Virus record (IMG/VR): IMGVR_UViG_3300047561_000302
Coordinates: 1-63,122 of that record
DNA length: 63,122 bases
Direction: 5' to 3' (one strand)
DNA from: a virus
Lineage: Duplodnaviria > Caudoviricetes
Both the position numbers and the translations under genes were made by a program. Positions 21,613-29,770 of this stretch are shown piece after piece (the first letter of the stretch is position 1; the number at the start of each line of letters is the position of its first letter). The notes below the pieces were generated by a model. That model saw nothing but the letters and a program-made list of their open reading frames with translations, had not been told where the DNA came from and did not search any database.

Positions 21613-21629
21613 AGACTATCCCAAATGTA

Positions 21630-22553
21630 TTATGCATAGAACATATTCCTTGGTACAAACCGCACTGGTGACTTATCTCTATCTTCGTCAGCTGCTAACT
21701 GGAAAGACTCATCATATGCTGCTTTTAACATCATTATTCTGTTTGGATCTACATCTGGTAACTTAGTGCTAAGCTGATACGCCAGCCCTGCAACCATGCA
21801 AGGTATAAATCGAAATGGGATGTCCTGTACATATATTCCAGTTCCCGCATCTTGAATCCTACGAAGCCTGTAATAAACAAATAAGTACTGACTTCCAGGT
21901 GAATTTGGTGTTGGCCATACATTAATACATGGCAAATTCTGTACAGTAATCGCTGCACCAGTTAAATGAGAAGCTGCTGTAGTGCCATTTTGACCACGGG
22001 CACAGTTAATTAGTTGGTTTCCACTAACATTTGGGTAGCTAATTGTCTCTGTACCAATCTTAATAAAACCAGAAGAAGTGATTCCAGCGGTGCTTGTTAG
22101 CGCAATAGTGGTTGTTGTAGAACTAACATTGCCATCTAAAAGCACTGTTGTAGCGTTTTCTTGGCCTGATTGACGGTTGATATATACCTGAATTGGTCTG
22201 CCTTGTGCCAGTTTATTAGGCAAAGACATATATGTTGGCTCTGCAATACGGCTGATATTGATGTCCATCTGGTTAGATGTACCATTGTTCTGGCGAATAA
22301 CCATGTCCATCAAGTCAATGGTATCGGCTGGGTATGGATACATAGCCTGTCCAGTGACCATAGGAATGATTCCCTGCTCGACTGTCCACAAGTTAATACC
22401 CTTGTTAGCCCATTCAATTGTAAGAAGGTTTAAAGACCTTCTAGCGGTTTTAAAGTCATATCCAGTACGAAGCTCTCTACCACAGCGCTCAAACGCCTCC
22501 TCAATGAGGTCATTAACGTCTAAGTTAAATGCTGTGGTCCCTGTTGTGCTCAT
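21630..22553 (-). CDS. Head-tail adaptor / tail tubular protein A-like
   Basis: IEEAFERCG, ARRSLNLL..EWANKGINLW, IPFRFIPCMVAGLAY motifs. Confidence 0.65.
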   Translation of the reverse strand: MSTTGTTAFNLDVNDLIEEAFERCGRELRTGYDFKTARRSLNLLTIEWANKGINLWTVEQGIIPMVTGQAMYPYPADTIDLMDMVIRQNNGTSNQMDINISRIAEPTYMSLPNKLAQGRPIQVYINRQSGQENATTVLLDGNVSSTTTTIALTSTAGITSSGFIKIGTETISYPNVSGNQLINCARGQNGTTAASHLTGAAITVQNLPCINVWPTPNSPGSQYLFVYYRLRRIQDAGTGIYVQDIPFRFIPCMVAGLAYQLSTKLPDVDPNRIMMLKAAYDESFQLAADEDRDKSPVRFVPRNMFYA

Positions 22554-22729
22554 TTTTTCATGCCTTTAAGAGTCTCAGCGAGACGTGCTCTTTGCCCCAG
22601 TTTTCCTGGCTTTTGTGCTGCTGCTGCTAGTTTTTTTGCTGGGATTGGCTGTCCTGCTTTTGCTCCCAACGCTTTTCGTAGCGACCCTGGTTTTTTTATT
22701 GCTCCCGCTATCCAATTTTTGGTTGCCAT
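22550..22729 (-). CDS. Small Lys/Ala-rich basic protein (59 aa, below ORF-track cutoff)
   Basis: Manual translation MATKNWIAGAIKKPGSLRKALGAKAGQPIPAKKLAAAAQKPGKLGQRARLAETLKGMKK; ATGA overlap with 21630..22553. Confidence 0.7.
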   Translation of the reverse strand: MATKNWIAGAIKKPGSLRKALGAKAGQPIPAKKLAAAAQKPGKLGQRARLAETLKGMKK

Positions 22730-22731
22730 TA

Positions 22732-22983
22732 TTAGCCTTTCTTGGCTGTTTTGGCTGACTTGATAAAGTCGGCTTTACTTGGAGCGCCTTTACTACCAGG
22801 CTTTCGCATTTTCTCATTAGATCCTGCAGCGATGCGAGCACGTTTTTTATGAATGTTTTCATACAATCCTACCTTTCCTCCTTCAGCGTACTGCGTGAAG
22901 TCAGTATTATCCCTACGGGGCTTTCTTTTCCCGCTAGGCATTTTAGATGGGGCTATATCGCCCATTCCACGAGATGCTCTCAT
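22732..22983 (-). CDS. Small basic virion protein
   Basis: MRASRGMG, YAEGG, GLYENIHKKR, MRKPGSKGAP motifs. Confidence 0.7.
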   Translation of the reverse strand: MRASRGMGDIAPSKMPSGKRKPRRDNTDFTQYAEGGKVGLYENIHKKRARIAAGSNEKMRKPGSKGAPSKADFIKSAKTAKKG

Positions 22984-23258
22984 TTTTTAGCCTTACCACC
23001 CATGCACATTGCTTTAATGTGTTCATCATGGTTTTTAAAACCAGCAGAGTGCTTCTTAACATGAACGCTGTGATGGACAAATCCACCAGACTTCATGCCA
23101 GTAACATTACCCATGGTATCTACGGCAGGAATGTTCTGTTCGGTTGTGCCAAACATTTTGTAATCACGCTCTTTTTCAGCACGAATACCTTTTTCCTTGT
23201 TAGCCTTGTAATAGGCTTCCCGTTTTTCTTTCTCTTTACCAGTCTCAGTAAATGCCAT
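22980..23258 (-). CDS. Small basic protein
   Basis: 92 aa; MKSGG and MCMGG motifs; coupled. Confidence 0.6.
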   Translation of the reverse strand: MAFTETGKEKEKREAYYKANKEKGIRAEKERDYKMFGTTEQNIPAVDTMGNVTGMKSGGFVHHSVHVKKHSAGFKNHDEHIKAMCMGGKAKK

Positions 23259-23261
23259 GAT

Positions 23262-23909
23262 TTAGCACATCTTCCCACGGGTTTTACCCTTAGAAGCTAT
23301 TCCATCAGCACGGCTGGAAGCTGAACCGCCTTTAGCCATACCTTTAGCGCCACCCATGATGCCCATTGATTTGCCTGAATCGCCTAAAAGTTTGCCTTTA
23401 GTGTGACCACGCTTTTGAACAGCGGACTCACCATGAGCTAATAATTTATTTGAACCTTTTTCTACATCCATTGCCATTGTGCGTGGCCCCATAGTTTCTT
23501 TCATCATTCCACCTTTTGCTAGAGTAATTTTTGTACCTTTACCGCCCTTGTGTTCTTGAGCATCGTGCTCTTTGAACGCTTTTTTAATCATGGCAACATC
23601 TTGCTTCTTGTCCATCGCCATTTCTTTTTTAGTTTCTGATTTAGATTCTTTCATAGTTCCGCCTTCTTTAAATCCTGTAAATTTAGAAACACTTGCATTT
23701 GGCAGTTGAATCTGACCATGATGCACTCTTGGATTGGCTATTTTAGCCTCCATAGGATTAGTAGAACCACCCTTACGGAACTTTTTACCTTTGTCAGCAT
23801 CAATAAAGTCTCTACCAACTGACATAGGAACACCTGCTTTTTTAGCAAATTCTTTTGAATGAGCAATAGCTGCCATAAAGTTATGCTGTTTTTTAGATGT
23901 AGATGGCAT
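23262..23909 (-). CDS. Lys/Met-rich basic protein with repeated xxGG motifs
   Basis: MPSTSKKQHNFMAAIAH start; FRKGG, FKEGG, LAKGG, MAKGG; SRADGIASKGKTRG end. Confidence 0.7.
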   Translation of the reverse strand: MPSTSKKQHNFMAAIAHSKEFAKKAGVPMSVGRDFIDADKGKKFRKGGSTNPMEAKIANPRVHHGQIQLPNASVSKFTGFKEGGTMKESKSETKKEMAMDKKQDVAMIKKAFKEHDAQEHKGGKGTKITLAKGGMMKETMGPRTMAMDVEKGSNKLLAHGESAVQKRGHTKGKLLGDSGKSMGIMGGAKGMAKGGSASSRADGIASKGKTRGKMC

Positions 23910-24157
23910 TATTTATGACTCCAATATCCAATAACTACACCAATAACTCCAGTAATAAGACTTACTGCGCCACCGATTGCCATTAATGTTTTCCAACCAC
24001 CTTTAGCTTCAGATAAAGTTTTTTCAATGTTTTGGAGCGTAGTTTTAATTTGAGCCATCTCCTCTATCATTTTGTCCATATCTTCTTGCAAGTGCTGAAT
24101 GTTACTAGCATGGGTTGCTAACTCTCTAGCTGTTTCAATTGGATTTATATCGTTCAT
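23909..24157 (-). CDS. Coiled-coil protein with C-terminal TM helix
   Basis: 82 aa; heptads then KGGWKTLMAIGGAVSLITGVIGVVIGY. Confidence 0.65.
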   Translation of the reverse strand: MNDINPIETARELATHASNIQHLQEDMDKMIEEMAQIKTTLQNIEKTLSEAKGGWKTLMAIGGAVSLITGVIGVVIGYWSHK

Positions 24158-24158
24158 T

Positions 24159-24416
24159 TTAACATTTCCACCTGGCTAAACTAGCCGCTTTACGAGTAGG
24201 TTTACCCTTCTCATCTTTCATTGGGCCAGGCATACCAGACATACGTGCGCAAAAAGACTTCTTCCTTGCTCCACCTTCTGGTTGCGGGGCTTTTAAATTA
24301 CTACCTGTAGCTGCATTGTATTTAGCACGGCCTTTAGCAGTAAGACCAGCCCCTTTCGAGACTGGAAGTTTCTCACCACGCCCAACTGCAAGAGAGGGGC
24401 CTTTTTTCTTAGCCAT
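24159..24416 (-). CDS. Small basic protein
   Basis: GLTAKGRAKYN, RKKSFCARMSG, SLARWKC motifs. Confidence 0.7.
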   Translation of the reverse strand: MAKKKGPSLAVGRGEKLPVSKGAGLTAKGRAKYNAATGSNLKAPQPEGGARKKSFCARMSGMPGPMKDEKGKPTRKAASLARWKC

Positions 24417-24930
24417 AAAATACAGTTACAAAACCAATAGAATTCATTTGAGCATACAAACCATTTTGTACTAAAACGCCTTCGCCAGGAATACTTATTT
24501 GCTGTGTTGAAGTTTGGCTAGTTAAAGTATCAAATGAAGTAAGCCAAGTATTACCATTGGTTACAAAGTAACAAGCTGTTCCACCGCTTACATTAGATAC
24601 TAAATTAATATCTGTAATGTTAAAAGTATTTGCTAAAGCATTTGAAATCGCATAGTTACCATCGGTTGCTGAATTTCCTGTAGCACTTAAATATCCAATA
24701 CCTACTATAGCGCCATTAGAAAGTCCATGAGCTGTAGAGCTAACTGTTACAACGTTAGCAGTTTTAGAATAACTAGCTGTAACTGGAGCAGCTGTTGTAT
24801 CAAAAAGCATGAGTGCGCCAGCTTGTGATCCATTACCAGAATATGTAATTTGTTTTACACGAGTTCTAACAGCTGGAATTAAAAATCCAGTTACGGCTTG
24901 GTGGGCCGATTTAACGTCAGTTTGCATCAT
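24409..24930 (-). CDS. Virion structural protein with inserted beta-domain
   Basis: MMQTDVKS...IPGEGVL...VTVFYG; internal VVTVSSTAHGLSNG module. Confidence 0.65.
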   Translation of the reverse strand: MMQTDVKSAHQAVTGFLIPAVRTRVKQITYSGNGSQAGALMLFDTTAAPVTASYSKTANVVTVSSTAHGLSNGAIVGIGYLSATGNSATDGNYAISNALANTFNITDINLVSNVSGGTACYFVTNGNTWLTSFDTLTSQTSTQQISIPGEGVLVQNGLYAQMNSIGFVTVFYG

Positions 24931-24978
24931 AATTAATCTCCTAAAGATTTAAGTGGGGGACGAATCCCCCTAGATTAA

Positions 24979-25488
24979 TTAAACGTTTTGCTGACCGTTG
25001 TCCGCAACGTAGTAACGAATAGACCCAGTAACAGGGCCACCAACAGCACCAGCAGTACCAATAGCCGAGGTAACAACAACTAGGTTAGTTGCATTAGCAA
25101 CGTTACCTAAAGATGCACCAGCTCCTGTACCAGCAATATTGATAACTTGACGAGTTGCCAAGTTTGCGTTGGCTACAAAAGCACCAGTAACGTTAGTACC
25201 TAAAGTACCAGTTTGGCCAGGGCCAACTGAAACTAATGGGGTATAACCAATGTTACAGGTAGAGTTAGCGCCTGTAGATGGAGTTGTAATGTTTACAGTC
25301 AAAACTACAGCGTTAGCTGGAAGAATTAAAGCTGCAGTGTTAGTGGAAGATATTGCTACGTTTGAGGTAGTAGCTGATGTGTTAGCGATATAAAACTGGG
25401 CAATCATATCCATCGAACCAGCATAAGCTGTACGAGTTTGATCACCACCTGTTGAGCGCCATACGGCTGAGGTTGTTGCTAATGCCAT
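24979..25488 (-). CDS. Virion structural (decoration-like) protein
   Basis: A/T/N-rich, ILPANAVV motif; ATG 25488 with AAGGA RBS. Confidence 0.6.
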   Translation of the reverse strand: MALATTSAVWRSTGGDQTRTAYAGSMDMIAQFYIANTSATTSNVAISSTNTAALILPANAVVLTVNITTPSTGANSTCNIGYTPLVSVGPGQTGTLGTNVTGAFVANANLATRQVINIAGTGAGASLGNVANATNLVVVTSAIGTAGAVGGPVTGSIRYYVADNGQQNV

Positions 25489-25499
25489 GATAAATTGTC

Positions 25500-25572
25500 C
25501 TTCATACAAAGATCAGCTTGTTAGTCGTGTATGCGTCTGCTGGACCAGTCTAACAAGCAAGTTATTCCAGTT
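25500..25572 (-). ncRNA. Candidate pseudoknotted cis-regulatory RNA (possibly Polynucleobacter-1-like motif)
   Basis: Interleaved helices CUGGA/UCCAG, GCUUGUUAG/CUAACAAGC and CAUACA/UGUAUG just 5' of the RBS of 24979..25488. Confidence 0.55.
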
Positions 25573-25692
25573 TGTTCGATCTTACTACATTTTTCAATAT
25601 GTGTAATGTTTTTGGTAAAATATTTGTGGGGGTAAGGTTTAAAGAAATTTAGGCTTTTTGTTTCGAAACACCCTCACCAATTTGGAGACATA

Positions 25693-25839
25693 ATGAGTTC
25701 TTGGCTGATTATTGTTACGGGGGTTATTTATGCTTATATCGCTGGAGAACAGCTACTTAAAGGCAATACTGGACTGGCTGTCACATACTTTGGATATGCT
25801 CTTGGTAATGTTGGGCTGTATATGATTGCCATTAAATGA
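25693..25839 (+). CDS. Small membrane protein (48 aa)
   Basis: MSSWLIIVTGVIYAYIAGEQLLKGNTGLAVTYFGYALGNVGLYMIAIK; GGAG RBS; ATGA coupling to next gene. Confidence 0.65.
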   Translation: MSSWLIIVTGVIYAYIAGEQLLKGNTGLAVTYFGYALGNVGLYMIAIK

Positions 25840-26072
25840 CCTGGAATCTTAGATTAGTTAATATGCTTGGGGAAGACCCCTATGTTGAAATTAGGGAAGT
25901 ATTCTATGATCACGATGGTAGCCTTTTAGGTCATACCACTGCTACTATGGGTGGCGAAAACATTGAAGATATTAGAACTTATTTAAAATGGGCTTTAGAG
26001 GCTTTAGATAAACCAATTCTTACTTTTGGGGATGAAAATGGAAATATCCGTAAAGATAGTAAAGGAGAATAA
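25836..26072 (+). CDS. Hypothetical protein
   Basis: MTWNLRLV...EIREVFYD...ALDKPIL, a pattern common in small phage proteins. Confidence 0.65.
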   Translation: MTWNLRLVNMLGEDPYVEIREVFYDHDGSLLGHTTATMGGENIEDIRTYLKWALEALDKPILTFGDENGNIRKDSKGE

Positions 26073-26274
26073 AGATGGTTCGGCTGAAGCTATCGTTAGA
26101 TTCGATAAAAAAGGACTTGAAACCCTTGTCCAATGGGGCCTTGTTGGTCTCCTTACCAAAGCAATTGATGAGTACGCAGTTAAACCCGAAGAAGGTAGCG
26201 CAGCTGCTATTGGAAGGCCTAAAAAAAGAATAAGAAAGTTACTAAAAGATCTTGACGTAGACGGTAGGTGTTAA
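26038..26274 (+). CDS. Hypothetical protein
   Basis: IVKENKDGSA motif; overlaps upstream gene. Confidence 0.6.
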   Translation: MEISVKIVKENKDGSAEAIVRFDKKGLETLVQWGLVGLLTKAIDEYAVKPEEGSAAAIGRPKKRIRKLLKDLDVDGRC

Positions 26275-26320
26275 AAGGTTACCTTTTGCTACCTAGGGTA
26301 AACCCTATAAACAATATTGT

Positions 26321-26665
26321 TTACAATTCTAGCGGATCAAAGCCTAGCTCTTCTGATACAACCTTGGTGCGCCTACGAAATTCAGAGTCATGGTGATTCC
26401 ATTTAGATGTTTTCCATCTGCTCATATGCACGGCCTCATGGCAAAGAACCCGAATTACTGTTGAGAGGTGTCCGCACTTTCTTTCTGAAATAGTAATAAT
26501 GTGCTCAAACTTTTCCCCGTCATCGTAGAGATAAGTTCCCATAGCCTCATCCTGGTCTACGATAAACTTGATCTGTTCTGGCAATGGCATGGGCCAACGA
26601 TGAAATGGGTCCATACAATAGATTGCGCTGTATAAATTGCGGAGTATGGCTGGAGTTAGTTTCAT
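26321..26665 (-). CDS. SprT-like zinc metalloprotease domain protein
   Basis: VLCHEAVHM (HExxH) then HHDSEF; ATGA coupling to phosphoesterase. Confidence 0.65.
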   Translation of the reverse strand: MKLTPAILRNLYSAIYCMDPFHRWPMPLPEQIKFIVDQDEAMGTYLYDDGEKFEHIITISERKCGHLSTVIRVLCHEAVHMSRWKTSKWNHHDSEFRRRTKVVSEELGFDPLEL

Positions 26666-27645
26666 GTTTGGTTGATACAACCTCTAAATTCAAACTCACC
26701 GTTTTCTTCATCAGTAACCATAATAAGCTCTGGCATTAACATTCTGCCTTGATCAAATGAAAGCATTACAAACCCTGATCGCCAATCTTTAGGGCTATCT
26801 TCAGTATATTCAAAGGTTGAACTAAGGGGATTAGCTAGACATCCAGTTTGCACTCCCCACCAAGTTCCTTGATAACCTGTAATTGGACTTGCACATAGCA
26901 CATGGGTGTGGCCAGTAATAATGTTCGTATTCATTGCCGCAGTCAAATTGTTATAACCTGCCATGCGGCCACCCTTATAACGGTGCTTGACTACGGTATC
27001 TTCACCAATCCAAAAGCTCCAGCAAGTTTCCCATTCGGGGAAATGGTATTTAAGACTGAAGCCGTCAACACCGCTGTATTCAGGGACCTTGTTAACTAAC
27101 CATGCCTCGTAGCGCATATCGTGGTTACCCAGGGTCCATATGAGTCTACAGCCAGCTGGTTTATTTTTAGCTATCTCATCTAAGTGATAACGACAGGCTT
27201 TTAATTCATCTAATACGGTAGGTTTTTGGTCGTAATTGATCGATGGAAAACGGCTAAGAACTTGTCCATCAAAAGCATCACCATTACAAATAATGACTTG
27301 TGGCTTAAATTCTTTAATCATTAACAGTAGAGCCTTAAACGCTGTGGTAGTTGTATCGGTAAAGTGAGCGTCTGAAAAGACTATGACTCTTTTAACTTTA
27401 TCTACGTCAATGCCTCTACGGACATTGTGTGCTGCTAAATTAATCTTTTTGGGTTTTACCTTTTTTTCTTCTCGTTGAGAATTAAAGGTAGGCAATTCAA
27501 TTTTATGGCGAAGCTCAAGTGATTGCCGCCTAGCAATCATAGACCTTGCATTTAAACCAAAGTGCTTGCCAACAAGAGTAGGGCTGCCTAATTTCCTCCA
27601 AACCCTAATAAATTCTTCATCACTAATATTTGACTTAAATGACAT
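26662..27645 (-). CDS. Calcineurin-like metallophosphoesterase
   Basis: SDAHF, NGDAFD, GNHD, KH, GHTH motifs. Confidence 0.85.
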   Translation of the reverse strand: MSFKSNISDEEFIRVWRKLGSPTLVGKHFGLNARSMIARRQSLELRHKIELPTFNSQREEKKVKPKKINLAAHNVRRGIDVDKVKRVIVFSDAHFTDTTTTAFKALLLMIKEFKPQVIICNGDAFDGQVLSRFPSINYDQKPTVLDELKACRYHLDEIAKNKPAGCRLIWTLGNHDMRYEAWLVNKVPEYSGVDGFSLKYHFPEWETCWSFWIGEDTVVKHRYKGGRMAGYNNLTAAMNTNIITGHTHVLCASPITGYQGTWWGVQTGCLANPLSSTFEYTEDSPKDWRSGFVMLSFDQGRMLMPELIMVTDEENGEFEFRGCINQT

Positions 27646-27703
27646 AGACACCTTTGACTTTTTCTAATTAAATCAATTGATTATGACAATTATGCTACAA
27701 ATG

Positions 27704-27729
27704 AAAAAACCCCGCTTTTTGGGCGGGGT
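27704..27729 (-). terminator. Intrinsic terminator after major capsid gene
   Basis: ACCCCGC/GCGGGGT stem followed by a U tract on the minus strand. Confidence 0.8.
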
Positions 27730-27749
27730 CCAAACAAAAGTTTGAGGTA

Positions 27750-28658
27750 TTAGGCTCCAGCGGAACCATACATACCGAGAGGATCAGACCAACCAAACGA
27801 ATAACGCTCACGAGACTTGTAACGGACGTTACCAGTATCGAAGTCACCGTCCATTGAGTTCTGTAATGGAGTACGCACAAAGTGCTTCATGCCATTAGGA
27901 ACATCAGTAGTTAGGAACCAAGCATTGGTGTCGGTCAAGAAGTGGTTAATTGCGTAACCTTCCGAGACAGAACCGTTGTTCTTGATAGCATTGATGTCGT
28001 TGTCGTTTGTACCAACACGCAATTCAGTTTCGAGCAAACGAGTTGCAACGAACTGGAGTGTAGGAGGAACAACTAACTTCTTAGGTTTAGCAGCGATTAA
28101 TAAACCACGCTCATCGGTCCAACCAGCGATCTGAATAACAGCAGCTTCTAAAGAAGTTTCGTTTAAGTCAGAAGGAGTTGAAGGGATGTTGCTGTTTACG
28201 CTACCATTTACCAATGGGTGTGATGCGCTGAAAAGAGGAACGCCATCGCCACCGTTATAGCCAGTAGTGAAACCGTTATTCAATACAGCAGCAGCTTTAA
28301 CCTGCTTGGTATAAGCCATAGCACGAGCCAATCCCTTGGTATAACGACCTGATAGGCTGTCATACAAGTTATCTTCGATAGCTTCTTCAGTTAAGCTGAA
28401 GCCCAAAGCGATTGTTTCGTGGTTGTAGCGAGCTGTCCATGCTTCTTGAGCATTGTCATAAGCGATGGCAGAGCCTTCGTTTTTAACAGGAGCTGCAGAG
28501 AAGCCTGACAACTTAGTTTCTTCTTCAAAAGAACGCTCAGAGGTCTCTGTTTCATAGACTTCTTTGTGTTCTTCGCCATAGCGAGCATACTCTAAACCGA
28601 ACAATGCGTTCAATCCTGGGAGCAACTCTTTCAGTAGTTGTGCACGTGAAATAGCCAT
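27750..28658 (-). CDS. Major capsid protein
   Basis: MAISRAQLLKELLPGLNALFGLEY, SERSFEEE, DFDTGNVRYKSRERYSFGWSDP; followed by terminator. Confidence 0.9.
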   Translation of the reverse strand: MAISRAQLLKELLPGLNALFGLEYARYGEEHKEVYETETSERSFEEETKLSGFSAAPVKNEGSAIAYDNAQEAWTARYNHETIALGFSLTEEAIEDNLYDSLSGRYTKGLARAMAYTKQVKAAAVLNNGFTTGYNGGDGVPLFSASHPLVNGSVNSNIPSTPSDLNETSLEAAVIQIAGWTDERGLLIAAKPKKLVVPPTLQFVATRLLETELRVGTNDNDINAIKNNGSVSEGYAINHFLTDTNAWFLTTDVPNGMKHFVRTPLQNSMDGDFDTGNVRYKSRERYSFGWSDPLGMYGSAGA

Positions 28659-28672
28659 TTAATTAGCTCCTA

Positions 28673-29296
28673 TTATGCGAAATCATTGGCGGTTGAGACC
28701 AAGATTTGAGGTTGATTTAACTTTACGATTACTTCAGTGTAAAGGGTGGCGTTTGCTGCGGTTGCTGGAACTACGGCAATAATACGAACTGGCAATACAG
28801 CGGCATTACCTGCGTTTGCAGCAGGAGCAGCCAATGAAACACCAGAGTTACCAGTAGTAGCCGAACCCGTACCTTGAATCAAGGCAGCGTTTGTACCAAT
28901 AGCAGCAATAGTTGTTGAAGAAATTGTAGAGTTACCAGAATAAGTAACGGCTACTTTGTACTCAGCAACAGGGTCATTAACTACATAAGCAATAGCAGAA
29001 GTAGCTGAAGCATTACCTGGGTAATACTGAGCTTGTACTGTTTGACCTTGTGAGTTAACGTACTGGCAGCCCATGAAAACACCATAAGTAGCTGTTGAAG
29101 AGTTTGTAGAAACGTTAGAAGTTACTAACGATTTTACGATATTCCCACTGACCACAGCAACAATGTCACCGTTGTAAATGGCAGTATTGTATGTAGATGC
29201 AATAGTCAACTGTTGAGTTGCTCCTGCATATGCAATACCGTCAAAACGGTTAATTGGGTCTAGGCCATAGGGAGCAGAAACGGTTGGATAAGCCAT
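28673..29296 (-). CDS. Putative head decoration protein
   Basis: 207 aa immediately upstream of MCP; APYGLDP and GVFMGCQY motifs. Confidence 0.6.
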   Translation of the reverse strand: MAYPTVSAPYGLDPINRFDGIAYAGATQQLTIASTYNTAIYNGDIVAVVSGNIVKSLVTSNVSTNSSTATYGVFMGCQYVNSQGQTVQAQYYPGNASATSAIAYVVNDPVAEYKVAVTYSGNSTISSTTIAAIGTNAALIQGTGSATTGNSGVSLAAPAANAGNAAVLPVRIIAVVPATAANATLYTEVIVKLNQPQILVSTANDFA

Positions 29297-29326
29297 TTAA
29301 TTCTCCTAATTAATTAATAAAAAATA

Positions 29327-29770
29327 CTATCTACCAACGCTACTTGTGGATTTATTCTCTTTAAAGAGAGGCATCCGTGGGTCGCTTTGGCGCATGAGGT
29401 TGTTGTCTACAGCGTCCGTCTGAGCTTGTGTTTGTTTGGCGTAATAAGCATTACGTTGAGTCACAAATTCTTCTGGGGTTTTGCAAAGTAATAACCCGCC
29501 AATCTCAATGTTGTCCTTAAAGCGACTAGTTGGATCGACTAAAAGTTCCATTGCTGGCTGTTCTTCTGCTCTTACTGGTTCCCAACCTTCTCTGAGTTTG
29601 GCAGAAAGATTGCGAGGGTCAGCTTGACCATTAGTTGAGACACGAACCCAATGATATGCAAATCCAGCCTGTTTGTCTGGTTCTGGCAACAACTCAGGCG
29701 GCTTCCAGGATTCTGGACGCATAAATTGTTGACGGGTACTTACTTCTCTAGGTGTTCTTGTTTCAGCCAT
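29327..29770 (-). CDS. Conserved head-module protein
   Basis: WKPPELLP, KLREGWEPV, IGGLLLCK motifs; GGAG RBS before ATG 29770. Confidence 0.65.
   Translation of the reverse strand: MAETRTPREVSTRQQFMRPESWKPPELLPEPDKQAGFAYHWVRVSTNGQADPRNLSAKLREGWEPVRAEEQPAMELLVDPTSRFKDNIEIGGLLLCKTPEEFVTQRNAYYAKQTQAQTDAVDNNLMRQSDPRMPLFKENKSTSSVGR

Noticed and set aside
22575-22862. 95-aa minus-strand ORF from the track
   Set aside because: Alternative frame overlapping two better-supported coupled genes (22550..22729 and 22732..22983).
24955-24970. GGGGGA-UUCG-UCCCCC hairpin as terminator
   Set aside because: Lacks a good U tract and is mid-operon; more likely a stability or processing hairpin.
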